Positions 20,829-30,183 are shown, numbered from the stretch's first letter. The stretch is 64,000 bases of DNA from Firmicutes bacterium UBA2203 (GCA_002327235.1 DCUX01000005.1:1542-65541), one strand, 5' to 3'. Program-made: numbers and translations. The notes: a model not told the origin generated them from the sequence alone.

Positions 20829-21272
20829 TTGAACGGGAGGACTGATGATTGTGCCTTTTGTACCCTTATTGCCGGAAAGGCGCCGGCTTATAAGATAATG
20901 GAAAACGAGTTATCCCTTGGTATTCTTGATATTAATCCTTTAGCGCCGGGACATTGTTTAGTGCTTCCCAAAAGACACGTTCCCTGGTGGCATGATTTAA
21001 GCGAGGAGGAAGTTAAGAGCCTCTTTAGCTTAGCTAGATTAATGGCTCAAAGGCTAAAGCAAAAATTTAAGTCCGATTTTATCTCTTTATATGCTCGCGG
21101 ACGCAGGATTCCTCATACGCATATATTTTTAATTCCTACCGTAAGCGGCGATTTAACGGACCGTTTTTTTAACGCCCTGGAAAAATTTCAGGAATCTCCC
21201 GAGGAATTAATTAAAATAAAAAATTCACTGGAGTTAATTGCCGCCACTCTTTTAGACAATCCCTCAATTTAG
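20829..21272 (+). CDS. HIT family hydrolase (HxHxF variant)
   Basis: CAFC, DINPLAPGHCLVLPKRH, IPHTHIFLIP. Confidence 0.85.
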   Translation: MNGRTDDCAFCTLIAGKAPAYKIMENELSLGILDINPLAPGHCLVLPKRHVPWWHDLSEEEVKSLFSLARLMAQRLKQKFKSDFISLYARGRRIPHTHIFLIPTVSGDLTDRFFNALEKFQESPEELIKIKNSLELIAATLLDNPSI

Positions 21273-21420
21273 GAATTTTAGTCTTTAAAAAATGGACAAG
21301 CTAAAATTATTATTAGTTTTGTTCAAAATAAAAATTTTAAAGAAGGATATTTTTTAAAGAAAGAGAATTAAGTATTTAATAACTGTAATTTAAATTTTAT
21401 TAGAAAGGGTGAAGTAAAAA

Positions 21421-22593
21421 ATGCTGGCAAATTATAATCTTACTGAAGAACAACAAATGGTTCTAAATACGGTAAAAAGACTGGCAAAGGAAAAGGTGGC
21501 TCCAAGGGCGGCAGATATTGAAAAGGAAGGTAAGTGGCCCAAGGATATTTTTGAATTATTTAAGGAAAATGGATTACAGGGAATTCCCTGGCCGGAAGAA
21601 TACGGTGGGACCGGTACAGGGTCATTAGTTTTAATGATGGCTTGCGAGGAATTGTCCAAGTATTGTGGAGTTTCTCCCTTTGTCATGTCTTTAAATGACT
21701 TGGGAGCGCAGCCAATTATGGTGGCTGGTACAGAAGAGCAAAAACAAAAGTATATTGGCCGGATTGCCGCCGGAGAATCTTTAGCCGCCTTTGGCCTTAC
21801 TGAACCTGATGCCGGGAGCGACGTAGCGGCACTTAGAACTACCGCTGTCCTTAAAGATGGAAAGTATATTTTAAATGGACAAAAATGTTTTATCAGTAAT
21901 GCTGATAACGCGGATGTAATAACAGTGTTTGCAAAAACTGATCCTGCGGCGGGATATAAGGGGATAAGTTGCTTTGTGGTGGAAAATCCCAGCCCGGGTC
22001 TTATTATTGGTAAAAAGGAAGAAAAAATGGGCGGAGAGGCTTTAAGTGCCTGTGAGTTATTTTTTGAAAATTGCGAGGTGCCGGCGGAAAATATATTGGG
22101 TAAGCCGGGCCAGGGATTTTTAATCGCCATGGAGACATTAGACAGAACTCGTCCCATGATTGGCTCCGTTGGCGTAGGTACGGCGCAAGGATGTTTAGAT
22201 TACGCTGTTCAATACGCTAAACAGCGGGTGGTGTTTGGAAAGCCTATTGCTGTCTTGCAAGCCATTCAATTTAAATTGGCCGACATGGCCATGAAAACGG
22301 AGGCCGCCCGGCAACTGGTTTACCGCGCGGCTATCTTAATTGACGCCTACCTAGAAGGGAACAAAGATATTACGCGCACAGAAATAAGTAAATTGGGTTC
22401 TATGGCCAAATGTTACGCTACGGATGTGGCTATGTATGTAACCACTGAAGCAATTCAGGTTTGTGGCGGTTATGGTTACATGAAAGATTATCCTATAGAG
22501 CGGCGTTTTAGAGAAGCCAAGCTTTTGCAGCTTATTGAAGGAACAAATGAAATTCAGCGGACAGTTATTGCGGGCAATCTTTTAAGAGAATAA
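21421..22593 (+). CDS. Acyl-CoA dehydrogenase
   Basis: FGLTEPDAGSD, NGQKCFISNA, GGYGY, EGTNEIQR. Confidence 0.95.
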   Translation: MLANYNLTEEQQMVLNTVKRLAKEKVAPRAADIEKEGKWPKDIFELFKENGLQGIPWPEEYGGTGTGSLVLMMACEELSKYCGVSPFVMSLNDLGAQPIMVAGTEEQKQKYIGRIAAGESLAAFGLTEPDAGSDVAALRTTAVLKDGKYILNGQKCFISNADNADVITVFAKTDPAAGYKGISCFVVENPSPGLIIGKKEEKMGGEALSACELFFENCEVPAENILGKPGQGFLIAMETLDRTRPMIGSVGVGTAQGCLDYAVQYAKQRVVFGKPIAVLQAIQFKLADMAMKTEAARQLVYRAAILIDAYLEGNKDITRTEISKLGSMAKCYATDVAMYVTTEAIQVCGGYGYMKDYPIERRFREAKLLQLIEGTNEIQRTVIAGNLLRE

Positions 22594-22657
22594 CTTTTTA
22601 CCCAAGAGATGGTTATATTTTTAGCTAAAGGCAAGTCTTTCTTTCCTAATTTAAAAC

Positions 22658-22691
22658 GTAGTAAGGGCGTTAAATTTAACGCCCTTACTAC
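22658..22691. repeat. 34-bp perfect palindrome, REP-like family B
   Basis: GTAGTAAGGGCGTTAAA|TTTAACGCCCTTACTAC; related copies at 47842 and 56288. Confidence 0.85.
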
Positions 22692-22815
22692 TTGCGTACC
22701 TGCCCAAGCAGTGGTATTTGGCTTTAGCTAACAGCATAGCCGTTTCCCAAAATAAATTAAAAATATGCAGCGTAAGTATTTTACGCTATTTTTAAAATAA
22801 TTTCTCCTACTTAGG

Positions 22816-22842
22816 GCTTCCGGTTTTTACCGGAAGTTTTTT
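22816..22842 (+). terminator. Intrinsic terminator
   Basis: CTTCCGGT-TTTT-ACCGGAAG followed by T6. Confidence 0.7.
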
Positions 22843-22958
22843 ATTGATTTGCCTGCCTTTTCCTTATCCCCCCCCTTTTTGTTCTTTTGTTTAAATTTTA
22901 AGCACATTTAACTTAAGGAAGCAATATATATATTATAAATCATTTTCGAAAGGAGGAA

Positions 22959-24530
22959 ATGTATATGGCTATAGATGCTGTCCAAACTACAGAAAAGCTG
23001 CGGGTTAGCCAGGTAGTAAGCGAAAATACGCAGCAAACAGTGGTACGCGGCAAAATTACCGTACCTGAGCCAAAACCGGATGTGGAAAAAATTCTTTCTA
23101 CCGATAAAACAGCAAAAATTAAAAAAATTGAATTATTACCGGATAAAGCTATTATAGAAGGAACATTATCTTTGCAGATTATTTATATTGCTTTTGAACC
23201 GGCGCAATCGGTACACCATATGCACCAGCAAATACCTTTTACGACCTTTGTTGATTTGCCTGGGGTCGCGCCGGATATGGAAGCCTTAGGGAAAGTTACG
23301 GTTGAAGACGTAAATATTATGCCTACCACTACTGATGTCAGGGTATTTGATGTGGCCGCAGTATTAAGCGTATTTGTTAAAGTTACCCAAATACGTGATT
23401 TATCTATAGTTACCCAATGTCCGGCTATGGCTACCTGCACCAGTGAGTTAGTTAAAATTGCTAATGTAATTGGCAGCAATACAAAACAAGTAATTATAAG
23501 CAGTGACGTGGAAATCCCCGACGAAAAACCTTTGGCCGAGAAGATTTTAGAAGTGGATGCCAGCGGTGAAGTTAAAACCAAGCGAATCGTTAAAGACAAG
23601 GTAATCATTGATGGTGAGGTAACCCTGCAAGTACTTTACGTTGCTGCCGAGCCCGATCAGCCCGTCCACCAGTTACATACCGTTTTACCCTTTAGTGACT
23701 TTATTGAAGTACCCGGCGCAGCCCCCGGAATGGATGTCCGGGTAGAGGTGAAAGTAGAAAGCGCTGAAGTGGAGCAGATTGACGGCCCGGCGGGTAAATT
23801 ACGCGCTGATGTGGTATTTATGCTTACCGTAAATGTAATGGAAGTGCGGCAGATTAATATTATCACCAGCATCAGCGGCGTAGAAGCCACCATGGTTAAA
23901 CTGCGCCTTGATCACGTAGTAGGAGAAAATAGTACCCAGGTAGTTCTCCGGGATATTTTTGAAACCCCGGACCCCAAACCAGAAGTAGAAAAAATAATTG
24001 ATACGGCCGTGCGCGAGGTGAAAATTACCGAAACTAAAATTATTAAAGAAAAAGTAATTGTCCGTGGTTATGTGAATTTACAGGTTATTTATGTTGCTGC
24101 CTTGGCGGATCAACCAGTTCATGCCATGCACCGGCGGCTTGATTTTAGTACCTTTATTATTATCCCGGGGGCTAAAGAAGGTATGGATGTGGATGTTCGG
24201 GCCTTAGCGGAGTTCACTACAGCCGAAAAAGAGAACTGCCACGTAATTGTAGAGTTGGTACTTAAAATTACGGCTAAGGTTACCGAATTACTGCAGCGGG
24301 ATGTGGTGGTAGCAGTGGCGCCGGTGGTGCCGCCGGTTACGCCGACTCCGGTTTGTCCTCCTGGTCAGGTTATTACTTATACCATCAAGGCAGGGGATAC
24401 CTTTTTCCTATTGGCGCAGCGCTTTAATGTAAGCGTGGCGGCAATTCAACAAGCAAACCCAGGAGTAAATCCCAATCAGCTTGCTATAGGGCAAGTAATT
24501 AATATTCCTTGCCCGCCGGCTAAAGGATGA
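22959..24530 (+). CDS. SPOCS (DUF3794) x3 + LysM spore-coat morphogenetic protein, SipL-like
   Basis: Three ~150-aa repeats (KPxVEKIL...KVIIxG...QVxYVA...QPVH), a Pro-rich linker and a C-terminal LysM (YTIKAGDT). Confidence 0.88.
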   Translation: MYMAIDAVQTTEKLRVSQVVSENTQQTVVRGKITVPEPKPDVEKILSTDKTAKIKKIELLPDKAIIEGTLSLQIIYIAFEPAQSVHHMHQQIPFTTFVDLPGVAPDMEALGKVTVEDVNIMPTTTDVRVFDVAAVLSVFVKVTQIRDLSIVTQCPAMATCTSELVKIANVIGSNTKQVIISSDVEIPDEKPLAEKILEVDASGEVKTKRIVKDKVIIDGEVTLQVLYVAAEPDQPVHQLHTVLPFSDFIEVPGAAPGMDVRVEVKVESAEVEQIDGPAGKLRADVVFMLTVNVMEVRQINIITSISGVEATMVKLRLDHVVGENSTQVVLRDIFETPDPKPEVEKIIDTAVREVKITETKIIKEKVIVRGYVNLQVIYVAALADQPVHAMHRRLDFSTFIIIPGAKEGMDVDVRALAEFTTAEKENCHVIVELVLKITAKVTELLQRDVVVAVAPVVPPVTPTPVCPPGQVITYTIKAGDTFFLLAQRFNVSVAAIQQANPGVNPNQLAIGQVINIPCPPAKG

Positions 24531-24594
24531 GAAGATTAATCTCATTAATCTAAGTTTAAATTTTAAATATTATTTAAGAAAAGGAGGTTTTTTT

Positions 24595-25668
24595 ATGCCT
24601 GAGCAATTTATTTTTACCGAACCAGAAGAGGTAACCTGCATGAAGGTAAGTATACCAGTTGTCCTAGCGGAAGAAGAGGTACAGGTATTAATTGACAGTA
24701 CGCTTCATATGCCGGAGCTGACCAAAAAAGTTGACCACATTGACGCCCGGGTAGATGATTTGGAGATTGAACCGGTATTTATTCACGAGCATATTGCCCA
24801 CTGGCACGTAAAAATTAAAAAGGAATGGGCCCATCATTTCAAAGAAATGGCAGGGCTAACTTCTGTGGTAAAAAAACTTATTGTTGAAGGAACACTGCAC
24901 AAACAAATATATTACGTTAACCAGCGGGACGAAGTTAAACATGTCCAGGAAGAAGTACCCTTTACGAAAATGATTGAACTAAGAGAGCCTCAGCCTGTAC
25001 TTGATGAGGATAATGTTTTTATCCAAATGCACAAACCAAAGCTGGATATATCCTGGGAATTAGTCCGGGCTGGCCGGCTGCAGCAGACTGGGATTATTAT
25101 TTTACGGGTAAAAGTGGTTGAGTACCGGCAAATATACGTCCAGGTTTGTCCTGCTCCGGAATTATGCCCCCCTGGTAATTTTTTAGAGGACCCCTCTTTA
25201 GAGCACTGGGCGGGGAATACCCCTGTTTTTTGGGGAGCCATTAACGTAACTCCTACCAGTATTGCTCATACAGGCAGTTTAGCGGCAGATTTAGGGGGAG
25301 CAGATCCTGACGATGTAGCTGCCTTATTTCAAACCACCCGGCGTAATATTGCCGGCGGGCGGACATATAAATTAATATTTTGGACTAGAAAAAATCTGGC
25401 GCAGGCCCCTTTAAGTGCTTTCAGTAATTTTAGTCTTACCGCTGAAGTACGCTTTTTTAACGGGCAGGGAATCCAAATTGATGGTGCTAGTCAAACCTGG
25501 CCTCATACCAGCATTCCTGATAATCACTATGGGCAGTTCAGTTTTAACGTAACTGCTCCTGCCGGAGCCAGTATTGCATTGGTGAGGTTTAGCTTTACGC
25601 CAGGTACCGGTAACAATAGCACCGTAAAAATTGATGATGTTACCTTAGAATGTATTGGCGCAATTTAA
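24595..25668 (+). CDS. SPOCS (DUF3794) protein with a C-terminal galactose-binding/CBM-like beta-sandwich
   Basis: KLIVEGTLHKQIYYV SPOCS motif; C-terminal domain from NFLEDPSLE to VKIDDVTL. Confidence 0.7.
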   Translation: MPEQFIFTEPEEVTCMKVSIPVVLAEEEVQVLIDSTLHMPELTKKVDHIDARVDDLEIEPVFIHEHIAHWHVKIKKEWAHHFKEMAGLTSVVKKLIVEGTLHKQIYYVNQRDEVKHVQEEVPFTKMIELREPQPVLDEDNVFIQMHKPKLDISWELVRAGRLQQTGIIILRVKVVEYRQIYVQVCPAPELCPPGNFLEDPSLEHWAGNTPVFWGAINVTPTSIAHTGSLAADLGGADPDDVAALFQTTRRNIAGGRTYKLIFWTRKNLAQAPLSAFSNFSLTAEVRFFNGQGIQIDGASQTWPHTSIPDNHYGQFSFNVTAPAGASIALVRFSFTPGTGNNSTVKIDDVTLECIGAI

Positions 25669-25707
25669 AAAAGCCCTGAAAAAAATATTGGGAAAAAGGG
25701 TTTGCCT

Positions 25708-25792
25708 TCCTGTCTGTCAGCCGGAGCGATTTAACCATTTTATCTTGTTTTATAATTTATCGTAAACTCTAAAGTAGTTATGACAGACAGGA
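25708..25792. repeat. 12-bp inverted repeat with a 61-nt AT-rich spacer
   Basis: TCCTGTCTGTCA (25708-25719) / TGACAGACAGGA (25781-25792). Confidence 0.65.
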
Positions 25793-25951
25793 TGGTTTTT
25801 TTGATCACGAGTTTATTGATTTTTTTGGCAAAAAAATAGGGCCCTTTGTTTTAGGGAAAGCTGTAATTGCTAAACAGTTAAAAAATTATCTGTTATTAAG
25901 CTCTTTAGGCTGGCGGGTAATCTTTTTAAAAAAACAGCTTTTCTTTTTTAT

Positions 25952-26131
25952 TTAGGCCTCTGGTAATTTTATTCCTGTTTGTAAAATTTTAAGACCACTT
26001 TTAAATATTTGAATAGAATTTTGGGCCGTTTGAACCAAAGAATTAATCATGGCTAGCTCTTCTTCAATTTGCGGCCGGGTAGAAAGTAAGAGCAAAAAAG
26101 CTAAATAAAATAAATCTTTATTTTTTTTCAC
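25952..26131 (-). CDS. Small hypothetical protein, 59 aa (below the ORF track cut-off)
   Basis: GTG start with AAGGGGG RBS; MKKNKDLFYLAFLLLLSTRPQIEEELAMINSLVQTAQNSIQIFKSGLKILQTGIKLPEA. Confidence 0.55.
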   Translation of the reverse strand: MKKNKDLFYLAFLLLLSTRPQIEEELAMINSLVQTAQNSIQIFKSGLKILQTGIKLPEA

Positions 26132-26278
26132 CTAATTAGCCCCCTTTAGTTTACCTTAGCTTTAAAGCCTTAATATTTTAATTATATATTACGCTTTAAG
26201 CAGGGGTACGGTGACAAACAAATGACGGTTATTTTTTTGTCCTTTAAGGTAACAATAAGGTAAAAAAGGTGATCGTCA

Positions 26279-26722
26279 ATGAAACTTGAGTGGCTAGCGC
26301 TAATTATTGCTGCCGGGGCAGGGGTTGCCATGGCTGTTCAGGGTACGTTAAATACTATTTTAGGCAAAGCCACCGGTCTTTTGGAGGCTACCTTTATTGT
26401 GCATTTGGTAGGTTTGACGGTAGCGGCTTTACTTTTAATTTTTGGCGCCGGTGAGGAACGGTTGTACCAACAGCTTTCGCCGCCCTGGTATATTTATTTA
26501 GGCGGAGTGTTAGGGGTGATGATTATTTATGGAGTAGTACGCAGTATACCTTTAGTAGGGGTTGCTCCGGCTACTACCGCGATTATTTTAGGTCAGGTGC
26601 TTACGGCCGGAATAATAGATTACCTGGGTTTATTCGGTATGGAAAAACTGCCTTTTAACTGGTTTAAAGTTGCCGGTACCTTATTAATGGCGGGAGGGGC
26701 CTGGTTATTATTAAAAAAATAA
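26279..26722 (+). CDS. DMT family (YdcZ/DUF606-like) membrane protein
   Basis: AVQGTLN, PWYIYLGG, GQVLTAGIIDYLGLFG. Confidence 0.85.
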   Translation: MKLEWLALIIAAGAGVAMAVQGTLNTILGKATGLLEATFIVHLVGLTVAALLLIFGAGEERLYQQLSPPWYIYLGGVLGVMIIYGVVRSIPLVGVAPATTAIILGQVLTAGIIDYLGLFGMEKLPFNWFKVAGTLLMAGGAWLLLKK

Positions 26723-26793
26723 GGCGAAACATATCAGCTATAAATTTTTCTATAGTTGTTTTAAACAAGTTATAAATGCCTTATTCATATTTT

Positions 26794-27372
26794 TTAAGGC
26801 AGAATGATTTTTTGACCAGGGTAAATCATATCTGGATTTTCCAGTTGGTTTAGCGTAATTAGGGTTTGTAAAGGAATGCCAAAACGCTGGGCAATTTTCC
26901 AAAGGGTATCTTGTGGTTGGACAATATAGGATTGTTTTTCGGAAAAACCATTTTGTTTATGATCCGAAATAGGGTTTTCTAGTTTGCTGTTTTCTTTTAT
27001 AATAGATACTGGAGTATTAATGTTTATTTGAGGAAAAAGGGTCTCAATATGATCATTGTGCATCCTAATGCAGCCGTTGGAAACGGCCTTGCCAATAGAG
27101 GCCGGGTTGTTGGTGCCGTGAATTCCGTAGTTGCCTTGCGGTATGCTTAGGCCCATCCACCGGCTGCCCAGGATTCCACCGGGGTTGATTATTTTATTTA
27201 TTACCTGAAAATGACCCGGAGGGGTAGGGGTACCGGGTTTACCGACCGCAATAGGATAGGACTGCACCAGGTTCTTGCCCTGGTAATGGCATAAAACACG
27301 GTTGGTGGTATTAACGAGGAGGCACGTTCCTACTGAGGAAAAGTTAACGCTATTTTTTAACATAAAATTCAA
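26794..27372 (-). CDS. L,D-transpeptidase (YkuD domain) with C-terminal LysM
   Basis: YPIAVGK...TPPG, YGIHGT...SNGCIRM, YIVQPQDTLWKIA. Confidence 0.92.
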   Translation of the reverse strand: MNFMLKNSVNFSSVGTCLLVNTTNRVLCHYQGKNLVQSYPIAVGKPGTPTPPGHFQVINKIINPGGILGSRWMGLSIPQGNYGIHGTNNPASIGKAVSNGCIRMHNDHIETLFPQININTPVSIIKENSKLENPISDHKQNGFSEKQSYIVQPQDTLWKIAQRFGIPLQTLITLNQLENPDMIYPGQKIILP

Positions 27373-27625
27373 CCCTAGACTCTGACGGCTAAAGCGCCAA
27401 TAATTATTTAATCGTTATAAAATATATTTATGTTTTTATATTTAAATTTAGTGTTAATTTTTCGTTAAATTATTAGCTTAAAAGGAAGACTAAAACCTAA
27501 AAACAACAACCTTACTAATATTTCAAATCCTTGCTCGGTCTAATAAAAAAGGTTTTTAATTTTCTTGCAGGAAAACCATATAAATAATTGAATAAATAAG
27601 AAAGCCCTGTTTTTTGGGGAAATAA

Positions 27626-27791
27626 CAGATCATATATTTAGAAACACTTTGCGAGAAAGCAAGAATAAAAAAAGAGGTATCACTTAACACACTTAGGCAA
27701 AGTTTTACTGTGTATTTTTTGTAAGAAAGCCTGAAGGAAGATAATGAGTCCATTGGACACTCTAAATTTAACAAAAAGAGGTAACGAATAA
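27626..27791 (+). pseudogene. Decayed integron-type tyrosine integrase fragment
   Basis: 27626-27724 reads QIIYLETLCEKARIKKEVSLNTLRQSFTVYFL* (eroded H-x-L-R-H-S-F box). 27735-27791, in another frame, reads RKIMSPLDTLNLTKRGNE* (IntI-type SPLD terminus). The GH/catalytic-Tyr segment is missing. Confidence 0.7.
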
Positions 27792-27830
27792 TATTTTTTG
27801 CCGAAGAGAAAATTAGGATATCCGAAACAG

Positions 27831-27897
27831 GTGCTGATATCACCCTTGGTATAGGAGTATATCAGCACTCAATAGTGAGGAGATGAACGAGTTATGT
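27831..27897 (+). other. Putative attI-like recombination site
   Basis: 10-bp inverted repeat GTGCTGATAT/ATATCAGCAC, then core site GTTATGT at 27891, 100 nt after the integrase stop. Confidence 0.55.
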
Positions 27898-28305
27898 GCA
27901 AATGTGCCTTAAAAGGAATTGACTATGTCATTACTGAAATTTGAAAAGAAATATTGGTAAAGTTTGAATAATCAGTACAAGCAATTGGTAAGCCTTTACG
28001 AAGAGATTAAATCCAAATCCACAGTTTTCCTTAAAGAGAGAGCTTACAGTGGTAATGACTTCAAAAAAGTGGTCCGGGTTTCATGATGACAACAAAAAGG
28101 TCGGTGAACAATATTTCACCTTGTCCTCTACATGGCCGAAAAATATTTCTCAGGACAAAATTGATGATGTAATTATGAATCCTATTGAGGAGGGTCTATT
28201 TAAGAATATTATGTCGTACTGCACAACAGCACATAATGCAGTGTAAAAGACTACGCTTTGCTTCGTCCAAATTCGGCTTCGCTGAACTTCTTTTACACCG
28301 AAACG
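27892..28305 (+). pseudogene. Eroded gene cassette 1
   Basis: Starts TTATGTGC and ends in an attC whose R'' is GCACATAA(T). Contains an AAAGGA-ATG start followed by stops and frameshifted remnants (includes the 28049-28246 ORF). Confidence 0.6.
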
Positions 28306-28311
28306 TTATAT
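28229..28311 (+). other. attC cassette recombination site (slightly degenerate)
   Basis: R'' GCACATAAT; L''/L' perfect 10-bp IR GTGTAAAAGA (28241-50)/TCTTTTACAC (28289-98); inner hairpin TTCGGC-TTC-GCTGAA; R' GTTATAT 6 nt after L'. Confidence 0.78.
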
Positions 28312-28343
28312 GAAATGGCGCCTTCAGGGGAAAATATGGGGGT

Positions 28344-29123
28344 ATGGAAATGGAAAGAAAGATATTGAAAAATAAACCTCTTGTGGAAGCAATATTTGAG
28401 GTAAAGTGGGAACTACAAGAACTGGCTCAAGGAATGAGAATAGATCCACATTATAAAATACTGATTGGCAGGATATATGACAGAGTAAAGAATGAGTATC
28501 CTTTTCATGAACAACTACCTACTGCAACTATGCCGGATGAAATTACAGGATATGTTGTCCAACACCGATTTCGAAAAGATAAGGACAAGTGGCCTCTTAT
28601 TCAAATGGGTCCTGGAATTATTACCTTAAATGACACAGAAGGGTACATATGGGAAGATTTAGAAAGTAGAATACGTAATCTTCTGGATGTAATTTATGAG
28701 GCTTATCCAGATTCAGAGAGTAATTTGAAAATAAATGGGTTGTTGTTAAGATATATTGATGCCGTTGATTTTAACTATGAAAAGGAAATTTTATTCGATT
28801 TCTTGAAAAAGAAATTAAAGGTAAGTATACAAATACATGAAGGGCTTTTTAAGGAAACAGGTGTTAACTATTTACCTTTGAATGTTGATTTGAGATTAAC
28901 TTTTCCTTCCATAAAGCCTAAAGGAGTGGCTCACTTGCGATTCGTCCGGGGAAAGAGAAAAAATGTGGATGCTCTAATATGGGAAACAATGGTTCAATCA
29001 AGCGGTGATGACGTCCCTAACAACAAAGAAGAGATCGTTGCCTGGGTAGAGAACGCCCATTTATTAACTGATGATTGGTTTTTTAAAATGATCGAAGGGG
29101 AATTATTGGGGAGGTTTGAATGA
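28344..29123 (+). CDS. TIGR04255-like protein, first gene of the three-gene cassette
   Basis: LKNKPLVEAIFEVKW N-terminus, IQMGPG, LRYID, AH near the C-terminus; family recognised from memory. Confidence 0.75.
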   Translation: MEMERKILKNKPLVEAIFEVKWELQELAQGMRIDPHYKILIGRIYDRVKNEYPFHEQLPTATMPDEITGYVVQHRFRKDKDKWPLIQMGPGIITLNDTEGYIWEDLESRIRNLLDVIYEAYPDSESNLKINGLLLRYIDAVDFNYEKEILFDFLKKKLKVSIQIHEGLFKETGVNYLPLNVDLRLTFPSIKPKGVAHLRFVRGKRKNVDALIWETMVQSSGDDVPNNKEEIVAWVENAHLLTDDWFFKMIEGELLGRFE

Positions 29124-29503
29124 TGCATCGACTAACAATGCAAGATATTATCTATAGAGATTATCCGATTCATTACTTCTCCAGCGAGAGCATAGGAATA
29201 GAGGAAATAGACTTAGACATATATAGTGTGTTATCTAATTGGGTACGAGAGCAACCTAAAAGGCTATTTTATCCTAGTTTAATTCCCCTACTTGAAACAG
29301 ATTTGTCTTCAATTTGGCCGCATTTTGAAATAAAAAACGAGACATCGATATTTGAAGAAATATTGGAGAGGGAAATTCCAGAAGATATGCTTGAGTTCAA
29401 TATCGTTGTGCGGATGCCACCAATGAAAGAGTGGTTTGCACGAGTAAGAGTGAAAGGTGTAGAAAAAGCAACACCCTGTATTGTAGAACCGGAGGGGTTC
29501 TAA
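29120..29503 (+). CDS. Acidic hypothetical protein, possible antitoxin
   Basis: ATGA overlap with the upstream stop; intact 127-aa ORF. Confidence 0.65.
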   Translation: MMHRLTMQDIIYRDYPIHYFSSESIGIEEIDLDIYSVLSNWVREQPKRLFYPSLIPLLETDLSSIWPHFEIKNETSIFEEILEREIPEDMLEFNIVVRMPPMKEWFARVRVKGVEKATPCIVEPEGF

Positions 29504-29504
29504 A

Positions 29505-30023
29505 ATGAAAGAGTATCCTTGGTATGATGTTATAAGGGGGGAAGATGACCTAAAGCAGGGTGATTTTATTAAGGACTGCCCGGTAGTAATTCCACCTTCA
29601 GAAATATCTGACGATATAGAGGTTAGGATTATAAACTATGATGTGGTTATTATGAGCCAATCGTGTGATCTCGTTCAACGAAAACTTGATTTAGTCTTAA
29701 TTTGCCCGATTTGGCCTCTAAGTGAATTTGAGAGGAGAAGCGACTTTTTCAAAGGTAGAAAAGGAAAAGAATCGCTAAGGCAAGGAAATGTGCCGGGGTA
29801 TCATTTATTAAACAAATGTGAAATAGATGGATTTGAAACGGGGTATTTAGTCGTTGATTTCCGCAGTGTTTACAGCGTTCCTTTTGATTTCCTTGTAGAA
29901 CTAGCCCAAAAGAGGGATAAAAGGCCGCGTTTATTACCACCTTATAGAGAACATTTGTCTCAAGCTTTTGCAAGATTCTTTATGAGAGTTGGGTTACCTG
30001 TTGACATACCTCCGTTAAGATGA
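29505..30023 (+). CDS. Hypothetical protein with a MazF/PemK-like motif layout
   Basis: LKQGDF...VVIMSQSCDL...LVLICPI...LVVDFRSVYSV...RLLPPYREHLSQAFARFFMRVG; GGAGG RBS. Confidence 0.7.
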   Translation: MKEYPWYDVIRGEDDLKQGDFIKDCPVVIPPSEISDDIEVRIINYDVVIMSQSCDLVQRKLDLVLICPIWPLSEFERRSDFFKGRKGKESLRQGNVPGYHLLNKCEIDGFETGYLVVDFRSVYSVPFDFLVELAQKRDKRPRLLPPYREHLSQAFARFFMRVGLPVDIPPLR

Positions 30024-30129
30024 GACGAAACATGGACAACAACCGGGGGCTTGAGTAGAAGAGAAGGGTTGATTTGGGCAATCAGAAACCCTATATACAG
30101 AAAGAACAAAATGGGTGAAAAAATGATAA

Positions 30130-30156
30130 CGCCTTTTTAAAGGACCTAAAAAGGCG
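30130..30156. terminator. 10-bp hairpin between convergent operons
   Basis: CGCCTTTTTA-AAGGACC-TAAAAAGGCG. Confidence 0.45.
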
Positions 30157-30183
30157 AATTTTGCAACCGAATTATTATTAGTT

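Noticed and set aside
21432-22157. 241-aa antisense ORF (and similar antisense ORFs such as 37936-38664, 57082-57501 and 62006-62344)
   Set aside because: Shadows of well-supported genes on the opposite strand, with no motifs or RBS.
22900-22935. Sporulation sigma-K/E promoter for the SPOCS gene
   Set aside because: Plausible from context, but the match (GCACA...AATATATAT) is too weak in AT-rich DNA to call.
27556-27868. Minus-strand 95-aa and 62-aa ORFs
   Set aside because: They are antisense to the integrase remnant and attI-like site and have no recognisable protein features.
30024-30180. Second attC closing the three-gene cassette
   Set aside because: No CATATAAC-like R'' with matching L boxes and GTT. 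The 10-bp hairpin fits a terminator better.
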